Made by a program: the position numbers and the translations under genes | Notes under the pieces: model-generated | What the model was told of the DNA's origin: nothing | The model's database searches: none | What the model saw: only the letters and a program-made list of their open reading frames with translations | In this document: in pieces, positions 13,138-26,439 of the stretch | Numbering within the stretch: the first letter of the stretch is position 1 | How the letters are laid out: the number at the start of each line of letters is the position of its first letter | Assembly: GCF_009834535.1 (NCBI RefSeq) | Contig: NC_045697.1 | Span: forward strand, 95,420,001 to 95,484,000 | Length of the DNA: 64,000 bases | Direction of reading: 5' to 3' | From: Camelus ferus | Lineage: Eukaryota

Positions 13138-13794
13138 AAATAGATTTACCATATGATCCAACAATCCCACTCCTGGACATATATCCAGAGGGAGCCTTAA
13201 TTCAAAAAGACATGCACTCCAATGTTCATAGCAGCACTATTTACAGTAGCCAAGACATGGAAACAACCTGAATGTCCATCCACAGATAATTGGATAAAGA
13301 AGCTGTGGTATATTTATACAATGGAATCCTACTTGGCCATAAAAAATATTAAAATAATGCCATTTGCAGCAACATGGATGCCCTGGAGAATGTCATTCTA
13401 AGTGAAGTGGGCCATAAAGAAAAATACCATATTATATCACTTATATGTGGAATCTGAAAAAAAAAAAAAAAGACAAACTTATTTACAGAACAGAAATAGA
13501 CTCACAGACATAGTAAACAAACTTATGGTTACCTGGGGAGATAGGGGTGAGAAGGGATAAATTGGGAGTTTGAGATTTACAGATACTAACTACTATATAT
13601 AAAATAGATAAATAACAAGTTTCTACTGTATAGCACAGGGAACTATCTTCAATATCTTATAGTAACTTATGGTGAAAAAGAATATGAAAACGAATGTATG
13701 TATGTTCCCGTATGACTGAAGCATTATGCTGTACACCAGAAATTGACACATTGTAAACTGACTATACTTCAATAAGAATATTTTTAAAAAGAAA
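13138..13794 (+). mobile_element. Sense 3' segment of the same L1 (ORF2 end, 3' UTR, A-rich tail)
   Basis: Translates DLPYDPTIPLLDIYPE; cetartiodactyl-type 3' UTR ending 'actatacttcaataa' plus A-rich tail. Whole element flanked by GAAAGA(A/C)ATTGAAT at 12469-12482 and 13795-13808. Confidence 0.95.
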
Positions 13795-15710
13795 GAAAGA
13801 CATTGAATGAGAGACCTTATGTGTTTAGTCTTAGGTCATTATGGAATTTCCAGGCACATTTGGATAGAGATATCTACAAATATATTATACTCCATCTTTT
13901 CATTCTTAAAAAACATTAACATTTTCTCTGAAACTGTAGTTCAAGACAATTTGTTTTACTAGAATAGTCTCGTTGTCTCAAGGGTTTCAACAATTTTCGC
14001 AGATTAAATATTCAATCATGAGCACAATATTGCTAACCAAATTCTTCCTTAATGAACCATGCAAAGTACAAAGTACTTTGTTAGGACACTAAGTTATTTG
14101 AAGAAATATTTATATAGCAATTCAATGATAAAAATACCTAATCTTTAAATTTAATACTCTGCTTTTACTAGGAAAAGCACAAATTTATGTCAAAAATTAC
14201 AAAAACTTAACATTTTAGTTTTACAACAGGGCTAGAAATAAAAAAGCAAATATATAGTAAACTCACTTTATCTCTTCTGGAATTTAAATATTAAACATAA
14301 TATGTATAAAAGTCCACTTTAATTTCCATTTCATTACTTTCCTGTTGCTATAAAATTCCAAATACTTTATATACTTGTTGAAAATACTGAAATACTTATG
14401 TGGTAATGATTCTTTTTAGCTTTCTTGTTACTTTTCTTTGAGAAAATGAATTAAAAAAATAATAATCTAGCAATCTTAAATCTTATTTATGAACATTACA
14501 TGATGATTAGAGTTCCTACTAATTTATGTTTATCAATCATTTTATAGCAGATGAAAAACATTTTTATCCACTGAGGGCAATCTGTATTGGGTTTCATTTA
14601 TTATATTCTCCATTTAAAATTCAGAGAACTCATAATAATTTTGTATACTGACTATTCAAATAGGTGTTTAACAGTTTAACTTCAATTACAGGATAATCAG
14701 TAATTATAATTCAGCATTTCAGTATCCTCTCATCCTTTTCTTTTTGCTGCATTCCTGAAACCAAAGTATAGAATTATTTTTTTTCTGCACATATAATACA
14801 GAAAAATTATTTTTCTCCAATTAATGGTACATATCTTAAGCCACAACTCTGATAAAGTCATATACTATTCACTCTTGGTCTAGCTTTGCATGAGGTAGAA
14901 ACATGTGCATTCTCTATGTCCCCAGAATACCACTGGGTTTCTGAATATATGTGTCAGCAAAGTGGTTTTGAAAGTAATTTTGAGTGTTTGTAGTTTTCAT
15001 CCCTCCCAGGAGAAAGTCTTGACTCAGGTTGGGGTCATTGAATTCATTCCCAATAAACACACTAAATTTTTTGAGGATTAAATGCAGTTTGGTCCTCAAG
15101 GGTTTATTATGAGGAAGGCTGTATTAGTTTAATTATAGTAGGAAATCCAAATTTTATTTGAACATTAATAAAAGGTGGAATGTGCTTTTAAAAGGAATTT
15201 AAGAATGTCCTTGGATTGCTGATATTCTACACAGTCAGTCAATTTTGGATTTAAACAAAGAAAAATTTCAGTTGTGTTCAACTAACAGGGATTTCCCAGT
15301 GCTGTGCCTAAGGAAACTGACAGAGGTGTGGACGTTTTCTGTTTACAAAGAAGGACACTGATGTTGAGATGGACTTTTAAATAACTTATATTACTTGCTT
15401 ATATTTCTTTCTTTGTTACTGTTTTGAAAATTACTTTTTCATTAAAAAGACTTAAGTCAAGGAGCTAAAATTTAACTTCCACAATTCTTATTTTATTTAT
15501 TTGCTTTTTAGGATACTGAATAACTAACCATCACTTTGTCAGAGATACATACTATCTTCAATGGATTCAATATTATTAGAAATATTTGTTTCATTTAACA
15601 AAAGAAATGCATAAAACTGAAATAATTATTAGAATAAAATTTATAATGGACACTTTCTGCTATTTTAAGCAGTTACTCTGGATATAATAGAAGATGTGGC
15701 ATTTACTATT

Positions 15711-15862
15711 TTCTTAAAATTTTTTTCTTGAGGTATAGCAGATTTACAATGTTGTGTTAATTTCTTGTGTACAGCATAGTGATCCAGTTATACATATATG
15801 TACATATTCCCTTTTATATTCTTTATTATAGGCTATTACAAGATATTAAATATAGTTCCCTG
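15711..15862 (-). mobile_element. 5'-truncated L1 3' end (about 150 bp) with perfect 15-bp TSD
   Basis: T-rich tail then 'gaggtatagcagatttacaatgttgtgttaatttc...atatagttccctg'; GTGGCATTTACTATT at 15696-15710 and 15863-15877. Confidence 0.92.
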
Positions 15863-16684
15863 GTGGCATTTACTATTATTCAGGTTGTTTTCTATAAGTA
15901 TTGGATCCCTGAAAATCCTCTCCTAGAATTTCCCAATGTGCAGGCCAATGACTACTGATTTCAGAGATCTGTCCCAGTATAGGCAAAGTATATATCTGCT
16001 TGATCACCCAAATGATCTGTTTTTTAAATGAATTTATTCTTGGGTTTTTCTCAGACTGGAATGCAAACACACAAACACAAATTCATAAGTAAATGGATTC
16101 TGTTGTGCTTCTGGTGATTGTTTTCATCATTTTAATGGGTCATAAGACATTGTTAAATAAGACAGCTATTTGGCAATAAAACTTTCTCAACCTATTTTAT
16201 GAAAACAGCCTAGTGTCACTCTTATATTATTACATAATAGCATAATTTCACTCAGAGAATTAAACTGAAATACATCTCATCATTTTTCAAAAAAAAAAAA
16301 AAGGCATTTTAACAGTGTTAATAGGGAATATAAATAACATCAAATACCAAACACTGATTAAGAGCTCTCCCTTGACTCTAGATTTTCCTCTAGATTGGAG
16401 CATGGGCAGTTGCTAGAATCTTCCTCTGTTTATAACACAACATTCTATTTGATGATGCCATTGTTAGTAGAGCTACCATGTAACTTACTAAAATGTCTCT
16501 GAATCTAAGTATATTTACATCTAAGATCTAAGGCTTTTGAGTCTAAGCTATTCTTTTCTTGCTTAGTGTGGCTCAAATGCATTACACCAGAGACAACTCT
16601 TGATATCTTGGTATAGAATTTAAAACATGACCCTTCCTTTTATTTAGAAATTCTTGATATAAATTTTGGTGTCACAAATTCCAA

Positions 16685-16855
16685 AATTATTAACCTTGAG
16701 TGTATTATTTAAATTCTTATGTCTCTGTCACATCTCTGTAATAGGGCATCAAATTATCTGTTGGGGGCTTGTGGTGGTGATTTAATGAACATTTTAGAAG
16801 TTCTACTACAGTATTTATCATTATGTTATTGTCTCAACAAATGGTATTTGTTACT
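16685..16855 (+). mobile_element. MIR SINE
   Basis: Core 'ccttgagtgtattatttaaattcttatgtctctg...catctctgtaatagggc...gtggtgatttaatga'. Confidence 0.6.
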
Positions 16856-19237
16856 TTGCTTGGTTTTCTACATGATCTAAAGGTCAAGCTCAAAGAATCA
16901 AGGATGAAAGAGATAGAACTTAATCCAATAGCAAGAGCAGTTTCCAGGATCTAAGAAGGCAGAGTAGTCCAGGAGTAATTTATGTGTCTCCCAAATCTTC
17001 TGGACCCCAGTCGCCCACCCTGACCTCAGTCACGGTGCTACTTCCTTGGTGCTGATGCCACCATGATGCTTTGCACTGTGTCCTGTGCTGGTGAAGTCTG
17101 ACAGCCACATACGATGCCTCATCACTAAACACTGCCAGTTGTTTAAGCTTCCCAGGAGTGAGTGCATGGCTTTGACTTGACATCCCCTGGGCCTGTCACA
17201 ATGGGTGGATAGTAGCTTCCCACTTAGATCTGGCTTTTCTAGTAAAACAAAAACTCTGGCTTTGTTCAGATTCTGTCCAGAAGGGCCTGTTAGTGTCATT
17301 CAGAAGTGTTGAGGAGTTCATTCCCTCTGGGACAGATTTGGGAGACAGGAGACTGGGAAGCACTAGGGAAAACATTTCTCATTCCTCCTTTTTTTCACCA
17401 ACTTTTCTAAAATGTTGTGGTCTGATAGGGCCTTTCTGGGATGGTTTGTGTCACTGAACCAGCTTTTTCTCTTGTCAGAGTGGCAAGTCCACTGATGTAC
17501 CATATTGCTCCTGCTCTAGCCTCATTCTCCTTCCTATTAAATTTTACTTCACTAGGTTTGGACTTCTACTCCAGATTAAGTAGTACCTCATCAACTTTGT
17601 CTCTGGCAATTTTTTTTTTCTTTTTTGGTTTGATTGTTTTAGTTAACCAGGATTAAGAAAGAAAAAATTAGAAATCCTAGCTTAAGTAAACTCAAATCTT
17701 GACCAAGAGACTTACTCATTCTTCCCTTATTTCATGCTTTTTGCCCTCTGTGGCTGACTCTGAATCTTAACAGGAATAATTAATTAAATGATTTCTTCAT
17801 ATGAAACTCATTAATCTATTCATTAACTCTTCAAATATTTCCTAAATTCCTGTAATATTATAGACATAGAGTAACCAGAAATCTCTTTAAACATTATATA
17901 AACCTATTGTTTAAAGAATAATCAAAATGGCAAAATTACCTCATTTAACCCTATATATCAACAATCACTAAAGTCATCATTGAATATTATTCATTGCTTA
18001 AAACTCTGAAAATGTAGGAAAGTGACATATATTAGCTTAATTTTAATCAAAAGTAATATTTTGAGAATTCAAAAATAAAAGTTAATATTAAAGAGTATCA
18101 AAATTATATGGTTCATTTTTTACTGACAAATTTAACGATATGGCTTGAACAATCTTGATATATAAGACATATGTTTATTTTAACAGATAAGTATTAGATT
18201 TAAAAGATACCATATTCCAAATATCTGTTTGTGATTCTGAGATGTAAACTTCAAAATACCAATTCACACAAAATAATATGCATACTGATTAAGCCACCAG
18301 ATGGTCCAAAATAAAAACAAAACCATTTTTGTGGGTAATTTTATTGAGAATTTTAATGTGAGATGGCAAGAAAATCATCTTATTATAATCCACAATAAAA
18401 AAAAAGATCTTTCTGATCCATCCAATTGCCAGAGAGTAGATCATGAAATTCTCATGATCTACTAGGTCATGATTTCCCCAAGGAAAGACTGTGAAAGATT
18501 GGGTAATGATTTGCAAAGAAATCCTATGCATGATAATCTACTAGATTTGCAGAAAATTGTATTAGACTGTTTGTTTTATATTCTTAGGTGTCTATTTTAC
18601 ATTCATTTGTTAATGCATACATTACAAAAAGCATATAATGTGCAAACTGTTTAATAATGGATATATTAGTATCAACTGTAGGAATAAAAAATGTATTTAC
18701 TATGTGGTGGGAGCCTAACCTATGTTTTGTTTTGTTTGTACATCATATGGAATAAATAAGACAGAAGTTTATACACTTCTGGATTAGAAGATATTGGGTC
18801 ATAGATTCCAAAAGAAATTGCAGTTATATTTCTAACAACTGGAGTATTGGTGCCAATAGTTAACATTGGATTGAAGCCAAAAATATTTAAATGGACTCTA
18901 GCGTCTTCAGTGAGACACAGTTGGCTATGGCATTTAGTCCTGTTTTTCATTTGTTGTCTGTTTTAGTTTTCATGGAAGGAAGGCTTTTATAGAAAGATAC
19001 AGTAGATGAATAGAGCACACTGAAGCTGGGTTAACAACATGACTGTAGCAGATAACAAACTTTGGAATTGTAGGATAGCATTCCCTTCAATATCTGCCTT
19101 TTGAATATTTGATGTAGAGAAAGAAAATAGAAAAAATAAGTGACATATTTACCACTATCTTCCCCTAGCAAAGGAAACTGATACTGTAAGTAGTCCCCAG
19201 AACTCATGAAAACTAGTCCCTCAAGTAATGTACATTC

Positions 19238-19281
19238 ATACACACACACACATACACACACACACACATATATATATATGC
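19238..19281. repeat. Compound (CA)n(TA)n microsatellite
   Basis: Directly visible. Confidence 0.9.
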
Positions 19282-20589
19282 ACACTTTCCCTGCAAAGTC
19301 TCTGTCGAACACACTATCCTTGAGATTTTTATTCTAACAGAATGAGAAGAAAAATAAACCTTTTGTACCAGTCCATTACAGGCGTGGATTTCAGTCTCTA
19401 GATATACCTTGATAAGCTCCTCCAAATTTAGGCTGACAGGTATTTAGAACTGCTTTGAGACCGTTTATGGAAGAACATTTTAGGAGGAAATATCTTATGC
19501 AGTGCATATATTCAGTTTATGACTATATAGTTACATATTCTGATTCTCTGAGCAAAGTGAATTAAAATATTTAAGCTACTTTGCATTTCCATCTCATCTA
19601 CCAGGTGTTGAGGCATCCTGCAGGAGCTTGAGGACTCTATTTGTATGTATTATAAAGTTTAAGTATTATACAGCTGTGGATGCACTTTTCTTCTTACCCA
19701 CTCAACTAAGCTTGTATTCTCTTCTTAAATGCAGTAATTGCAGTAAGTAGAAGGATTGTAAGGACTAGTAGTTTGAATGAAGCATGCTCTATTTGTAAAT
19801 GTAAAACAGATGTGCAGAAAATATTGTGGGCTTTGAATCAGTAGGACACCACAAATACAAAGAATGAAAGAAGAAATATAATTTGTCTGAGATTTTGGCT
19901 AAATATCTCATCATTAATGGAAAAGCTGTAGCTTCCTTCCAGAACTTAATGAAAAGCCATTTGTACATGGTTTTCCTATTATATTAGAGGAGCAACTGGT
20001 CTGCAGACTATAAATACAAGCAATTGTAGCCTGAATGAGGCGCACACATTCCTGAAAATATATAGATGTTAAACTATTTCAAAGGATTTTTAAAACCTCA
20101 AGTTAAACTAGGAAAGCATTTTTTTATAAAAGAAATTTCACAATTTTCAAAACATATTACTAACTTCAAATCACTTAAATTTCTGTAATTTGTTTTTCAA
20201 GTTATCATTAAATCTAGATAACTTGAGAATAGGAAGCATGCAGACACAAAAACAATTTATCATATTTTAGAGAAAAGGACAAGTTAACTATTTCCTACTT
20301 TCTAAAACTTTCATCACTTACTCCTCGAAATCTGATAATGGCATCAACTTTCATTGGATAACTCAAGTTCAAAGCCCACTTTTTGTTATATCCTTTATTT
20401 AGGCACTACGGCTTATTAAAGATACACTCAGATGATTTATATCAAAGGCATCAGACTTTCCATTTCCACTGGTTGGGATATTTGCAATCAATTGCTTGGC
20501 TTATTGTATTAATTTAAAAATTATTTCTTTACATTTCCTTCTATACTAATTCACACGAAAGAGCATCATCTGATTAATCTTCTTGAGCA

Positions 20590-21095
20590 CAGACTGACCA
20601 ATGCCCTTTGCTTAAAAGTATTTAATTGCTTTTGCAATTTGGAGTCATGAGTCAGGAATATGGGCAAAGCTCTGCTGTAGGAGTGAGTGTATTGCTCCTT
20701 GTGGCAGCAATGAAAGTCACACTGTGAATGTTAACTGGCTGATGGTCTGACCTGAAATTCTAAGTCTCCTTCATATATATCTGTCTTAGCTCAGCTAGAA
20801 CTGTTGATGGATAATTTAGGCATGTGTCTAAGCATGCCCAATCCTACATGGCAGTCTCAGGTTAGTTGGACATCTGTTTTTATCAGCTGCTCAGAGTGTC
20901 AGAAAATCCATTTAGAACATGAAAAGCTTCTTAAGACACACCCTAAAGTTCCAAAACATAATATATGTAATACTTTTATTGGTTAAAACAGATCTCTTAT
21001 GCCAAATGAGATTCAAGGGAAGAGGAATGAGACACCACTTCTCAGTGGGAGGAGTATCAAAATCTGGGGTTACCATATTTGTATTATACCCTATT
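20590..21095 (-). mobile_element. MLT1 (H/G-like) MaLR LTR, left copy (3' LTR of minus-strand provirus)
   Basis: 'gtcaggaatatgggcaaagct', 'tacttttattggttaaaacag...gattcaagggaagaggaatgagacaccacttctcagtgggagga'; collinear with the 22375-22872 copy. Confidence 0.75.
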
Positions 21096-22374
21096 ACGCC
21101 CAGCATAAAATACTTACATTTCTCTCACATGCAAACTTCACCTCTTGCAAGGCACAGAGTAGTCCATTCTATTACAGCATTTGCTCAGAGTCTAATATTT
21201 AAGCATCTAAAGAAGGTCCAGGTACAGATGAGAGGATCTGTGAGCATAGTTCCTCAAGGACAATTCTTAACCCTCAGACCTTGAAGTAAAGAGACCAGTT
21301 AACTTGCATCCTTCCTTCAGTTGCATCTGTGGCCACAACACACAATGAAGATACAGGAGAGGATAACTTCCACTGACATCTGATTCAAAAGGGGGAAGTA
21401 TTAGGTGTACAGAGGTCACTGATGCACAGCCATTCTGAAATTCTGTTGGGCATGTGATGATTAGGGTACTCTGGGAATAATTCTTTAAGTTTTTTGGATT
21501 TATTTTTAAGGCTCTTTATTCTGTTTTGTTAAGATTTTTTTCCAAAAGAAATAACCTATGTTTGCAGATGAGTAGACCTCTTAGATTGATTCCTGTCCTG
21601 AGATGTTTGGAGGCCCCAACGTTGCTTTTAACTTTGAAATGTCTCCATCTCAGTAAAAGCTGCTGGCACTTTTGCCAGTATGATTCTCTTAAAAATGTAT
21701 AGGATTACTCAATCTTATCAGGGTTCATTATATTAGAAAATGATGCATCCACAAATTTCTTTAAAGTAGGTCCCTCCTTAAATAAGATGAAGAATTAGAT
21801 TATTGTGGGATGATGACCTTAGAATACTTTCTTAAGAGTTTTCTTGTATAGCGTCTTTTTTTTTTTTTAACCTTTTTTGAACAACAATTTTGACATGATT
21901 TTAGTTTGAGTCTATTTCTTATTCTGAGAGCTTTTTGCCATCTAAAGAATTTGAAAAAAGGAAAGTTTTTCTTCATAAAATCTATTTAGTTCTATTTCAT
22001 TTATCTTGTATTTAAAATTGAGCTGTTCAATGTTTAGTCTCATCTTTATCTACTCATACATTATCATACACAGCTAAAAGAAACCAGTTGATACGTTAAA
22101 CCTTCTGCTTGAATAGCTCCCTAGCCAAATCCACCAGCTCTTTATAGATTCAACTGTTTTTTCCTATCAACATTTGTCTTTTTTCTTTCAGTGTTTCTAA
22201 TAGTGTCTGTGGTAATTTTTTATCTTTCACTAACAGTCTTCTTGAGATACTCTTCTTTACCTACAATTCCCTCAAAACTTTCCAGCTTTTTCCCACTGTT
22301 GGGCCCCAAAGACAATTTCACATATTTTTAAAGTTTCTATTACAAAGCATCCTTCTTCTGCTACCCAAATCCAT
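21096..22374 (-). mobile_element. MaLR internal sequence (MLT1-int)
   Basis: Lies between two similar LTRs; ends 'ttccagctttttcccactg...ccccaaagacaatttcacatatttt...cttctgctacccaaat', the antisense of the MaLR internal 5' region. Confidence 0.75.
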
Positions 22375-22872
22375 TTCTGTTTTCTCTTGCTCTATTATAA
22401 TGTAAAAATCTATTGGTTTTTAGCAACATATATGAGTTAGGATGCTGGTCAGGGTTCAGTAGTATAATTTTCCTGTTTTATGCAGCATCAGCAAAGGTCA
22501 CTCAATGATATTCAGCTGACCTATGTTCTCATCCAGTGTGTCCAAGATGGTTTCATTGAAATGTCTGGCCCCTAGGCAGGGAACCACAGATGACTAAACC
22601 CAGCTGGGACCACTGGCCAAAGCATCTACACATTTCCTTTCAGGCGTAGTAATCCTGGGATAAAGAGACTTATTATTTCATGGGTTAAGACTCTAAGAGG
22701 TGAAAACCATAGGGCTTCTTACCAGCCTTTGAAGTTCCAGAATGTTCCTACTTTCATGTTCTGTTGGTCAAGCAAGTCATAAACTCCTGCCAGGAAACAA
22801 AGAAAAGGAAATTACAATCTACCTCTCAGTAAGCCGAGTCATAAAAATTTGCTGCCATGTTTAATCTACACT
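22375..22872 (-). mobile_element. MLT1 (H/G-like) MaLR LTR, right copy (5' LTR)
   Basis: 'gtccaagatggtttcattgaaatgtctgg', 'ttctgttggtcaagcaagtcat', 'ctacctctcagt...tttgctgccatgtttaatctaca'. Confidence 0.8.
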
Positions 22873-22929
22873 ATAAGCTACAGGCTGTAATACTCACACA
22901 CTTTTTATTGCTCTTCAGATATTCTATCA

Positions 22930-23235
22930 CTGATTGAAATCCCCAAGAATCAGATTCTGAGGTTAAGTCAGGAGAATTATTAGGGAGTACTTTTGGAATT
23001 AAATCCTGTGAAGTGAAAAGACGGAAGCAAAAAATTAGCATCTAGAAAAGTTGAACTGTGATACAATTTCATTGGTTATATCAACTGACCCTATGGGATG
23101 TCAGAAAATTGATTTGCTCACAGAGTTGTTTGAGTTCGGGAAACCAAGTCAAGGGTTATCTGATGGATGCCCCCCAAGTTACCATGGTAATAAGGTATTC
23201 ATTCCTGAAGGGACAATCATAGTCTACCACATGTC
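22930..23235 (-). mobile_element. LTR16-like ERVL LTR fragment
   Basis: 'cagattctgag...ttattagggagtacttttggaattaaatcctgtgaag...gaagc...aagttgaactgtgataca...ccctatggg...cagagttgt' matches antisense LTR16. Confidence 0.65.
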
Positions 23236-26200
23236 CACATTCAGAACATATCGACTATATAATGTCTTTAAAGAGATAAAAGTGCTACTTTATGAAACAC
23301 TTAGCAACCATGATTAAATAGGTAATAATAGCCCAGGTGTACAGATATTAAAAGAGCACTAACTTTTTTTCTGAGTAAGTGTAATTCAAAAGAAAAAGTT
23401 AAGTCTTACAGATTCAGATACCAAAATTTATTAAATAGAACTGTATGTTTTGACTTAATGTTTCTCAATCTACCACATGAATTGTAACCAGTTACTATAA
23501 TATCCCTAATCCATCTAAAACTCTTATACTCACGAACTTGAAGTAAGGAATATTGAATTATTTCTCTTTGTTTTGTAAAACTGTGTAAAGAATTATTTTA
23601 TATTCCTTTTGCTAATTTATCTTTTTTGGAATATAAAAATAGTAAAAAGAATACAAATGAAAAACATAATACATTATTTTGCTTCTGTTTATTTTTTATT
23701 AATCAAGTTAGGGGACTTAGGTGGAAAGTTGCTAAAGAGTAAACAACATGAAATGTGAAAGATGAAACTCGGTGAACAGTGATATTAATCAACTTGTATG
23801 GCATCTGAAGAAAAAAATAGGTTCACTTGTAACCTTATATCCTCTTGCCATAAATTCTTGAACAATAACGTTACAATCTACAAATTACACTATTATATTT
23901 CATTTCAGAGAAAGCTTTTTTTTTTTAAGAAAAGTACTAACATAATTACACATGTAACTCTACTGCAGCTAAAAGTCTCTTATTTACAAATTTGTGTAAA
24001 ATGTTGAAATAAATTTTGGGCAAGGAGACATTTCAAAAGATTCAATATGATATACCTCTTGCTGAGGAATAAAAAATAACGATATATGCAATCGAATTGT
24101 AACTCCCTTTTTTATGAATTTGTATGTGTGTGTTTGTGTGCATGTTAAAATTAGAAGGCAGAAGTATTTTAAAGTACTAGAAATGATATAACCAATCAAC
24201 TAGTTTTTCTCTACTGTGTCATTTTTTAATGTTTTCCATTTTCAATTGCAATCAATTTTTAATGTCATTATAGATGTTAATTTTCACTATGATAACTGAT
24301 TTAATGTTAAAAATACACAAAAGTATGTTGCAGTTAAATCCAGAGAGAAATATATCTGAAACATCTGAGTCGTACTCTTCAAAAAAAGGGAGAGAGCGAG
24401 AGCTGGGAGAAATATTGGACCTTGTTTTTGCATCCAACTAGAACTACTAGGCCTCCACCCTTCCCTCCATCCCTCCCTCTCCGGGCAGCTGGCTCTGTTT
24501 CCTTACAGAGTGGCTCATTTCACCAGTGTAAGGACTCACCCGTGGTTCTGCAGACCTAGGAGAACCCACACATGATACTGGTAAATAAAAGGGACCATTG
24601 TGAGGACCACTGACACTAGGTGAAGGCTTGGAGGAGGCTCTGACTTTTTAAGTGCAAATCACTGCCAAGAAGGGTTAAGAACCTAGTAAACTGGGGAAGT
24701 TAACTCCTGGTGGAGACATTTATAGTGAAATTCTGCATTCTGAATGCAGAAGGAGCATTCTAAAAGAAGCAAATTCTGAAAGAAGGAGTTAGAAGATATA
24801 TTTCTTGCCCTCCCTACTTTCAACCAAAGTTTGGAGATGCAGTGATCTCACTGGAGATGTCTCACGTGACTTAACGTGGGTGGTGTTCTGTGAAGCTGTG
24901 GCCAGTTCACTGACTGTCACTTGATCTTTGACTCTTCTCCTTCCCTGGTTCATTTCCATTTTCTTCCATGCTTACCCATTTTCTTGGGAACCCAGACTAA
25001 CAAAGGAGGATAATCAGAATATTTATATATTCTTTTAAGATGACTGTTTTGGAGGAATAGACTCCTTTATATTTTAAAATCTTGACTTCTTTTAAAAATG
25101 CTTCCATTTTCTTGTAGCCATCCCTCATATATGTGAAAATGTGTATTGTATTAAATTATAAGCACACATTTCAAGAAGTTTCCCAGTTTTCAAAAGAAAT
25201 TCATAATGATAATTTTATAATAATTCTTGTGAGATGTAAGAAATTATCTTCACTAGAGCTAGGAAACTTTAAATATTTACAAGAATAATATTGTGGTTTA
25301 ATTTGTGACCATAACCTACATGTATAGATTTTTACCCTAAATGAGAGTGGGGAAACTGTTTCTCTTAGTCATTTTTCTTTCTTTAATGTCTAAGAGTGTG
25401 TTTGGCTCTAGGAGAGACAATGCATTAAATCAATAAATTAAGCATCTTAAAGATGTGATGTCAAATCAATGACTTCACTGATTGTTCCCGTTAGTCAAAA
25501 TTCTATTTGTTTTGAAAAGTGAAAACAAATGATATCTCCATAATTCTCAGTTTTGTATGTAGGTAATATTGAGGTTAATAGGACTGTGAAATATATCACA
25601 TAGGCTAATCACTACCCACTAATTACAGATTTAAAATATTGATTTCTGAAATATTAGTATTATTAATTTCTGTAAAATTAGTCCTTTCTGTTCTAAAAGA
25701 TGTCACATCCAGGCCAGTAGCTTCTTTGCATTTTTGTTCCTAGATTCCAGTATGCCTACTCAGTTCTAAATATGTGACTTTATATAAATGAAGTCACTAA
25801 AATATTTAACCTGTATTTATCACCGTGCTTAATGATATTTTTTTCAAATTCAAAATTAATAAAACAGGATTAAGTATGTTTTACAAAGATGAGATTAAGT
25901 TAGCAGTTTGATAAAGGAGAATGGAAAAATGATACGCATTTTTACTTCCCTAAACTATGCTGTGGCACTCCTATGTTCCAAATCTAAAAATCTTGTTATC
26001 TGATACAATGACTCAATCTCTATTGAATTTATGTCACTTCACTGAAAGGAGATAACTATAAATTAGAGAGCAAAATTAGGGAAAAAGTGTAATGAATATG
26101 TTCAAAATTTTCAAGGTTAACATTACTTCATAGTTTGGAAAACATTTTTTTTTAAGGAATGTTACTATGAATCACCCTTTAAATATTTTATCAAATAAAT

Positions 26201-26439
26201 GGAATTACATGTAAGCATCATATACACAAAATCATCTTTAATTTTAACACATAAAATCTTCCATTTAATTCAAGATTATTGTAAGGCATGTGAAAGTTTT
26301 TCTGCAAGTATTTATTTTTTAAGTGCAAATCACTGTGCCAAAGGAAATAATAATAAATGAAAGTCTCCACTGGAATATATTATTTTCTTAAAATTTATTA
26401 TGATCCTGTTTTTAATCACTTATTAAAAAAACCAAAGTT

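Noticed and set aside
12732..13271. 179-aa ORF, the longest in the track
   Set aside because: Chimeric read-through of antisense L1 into the sense L1 piece across the inversion junction; not a gene.
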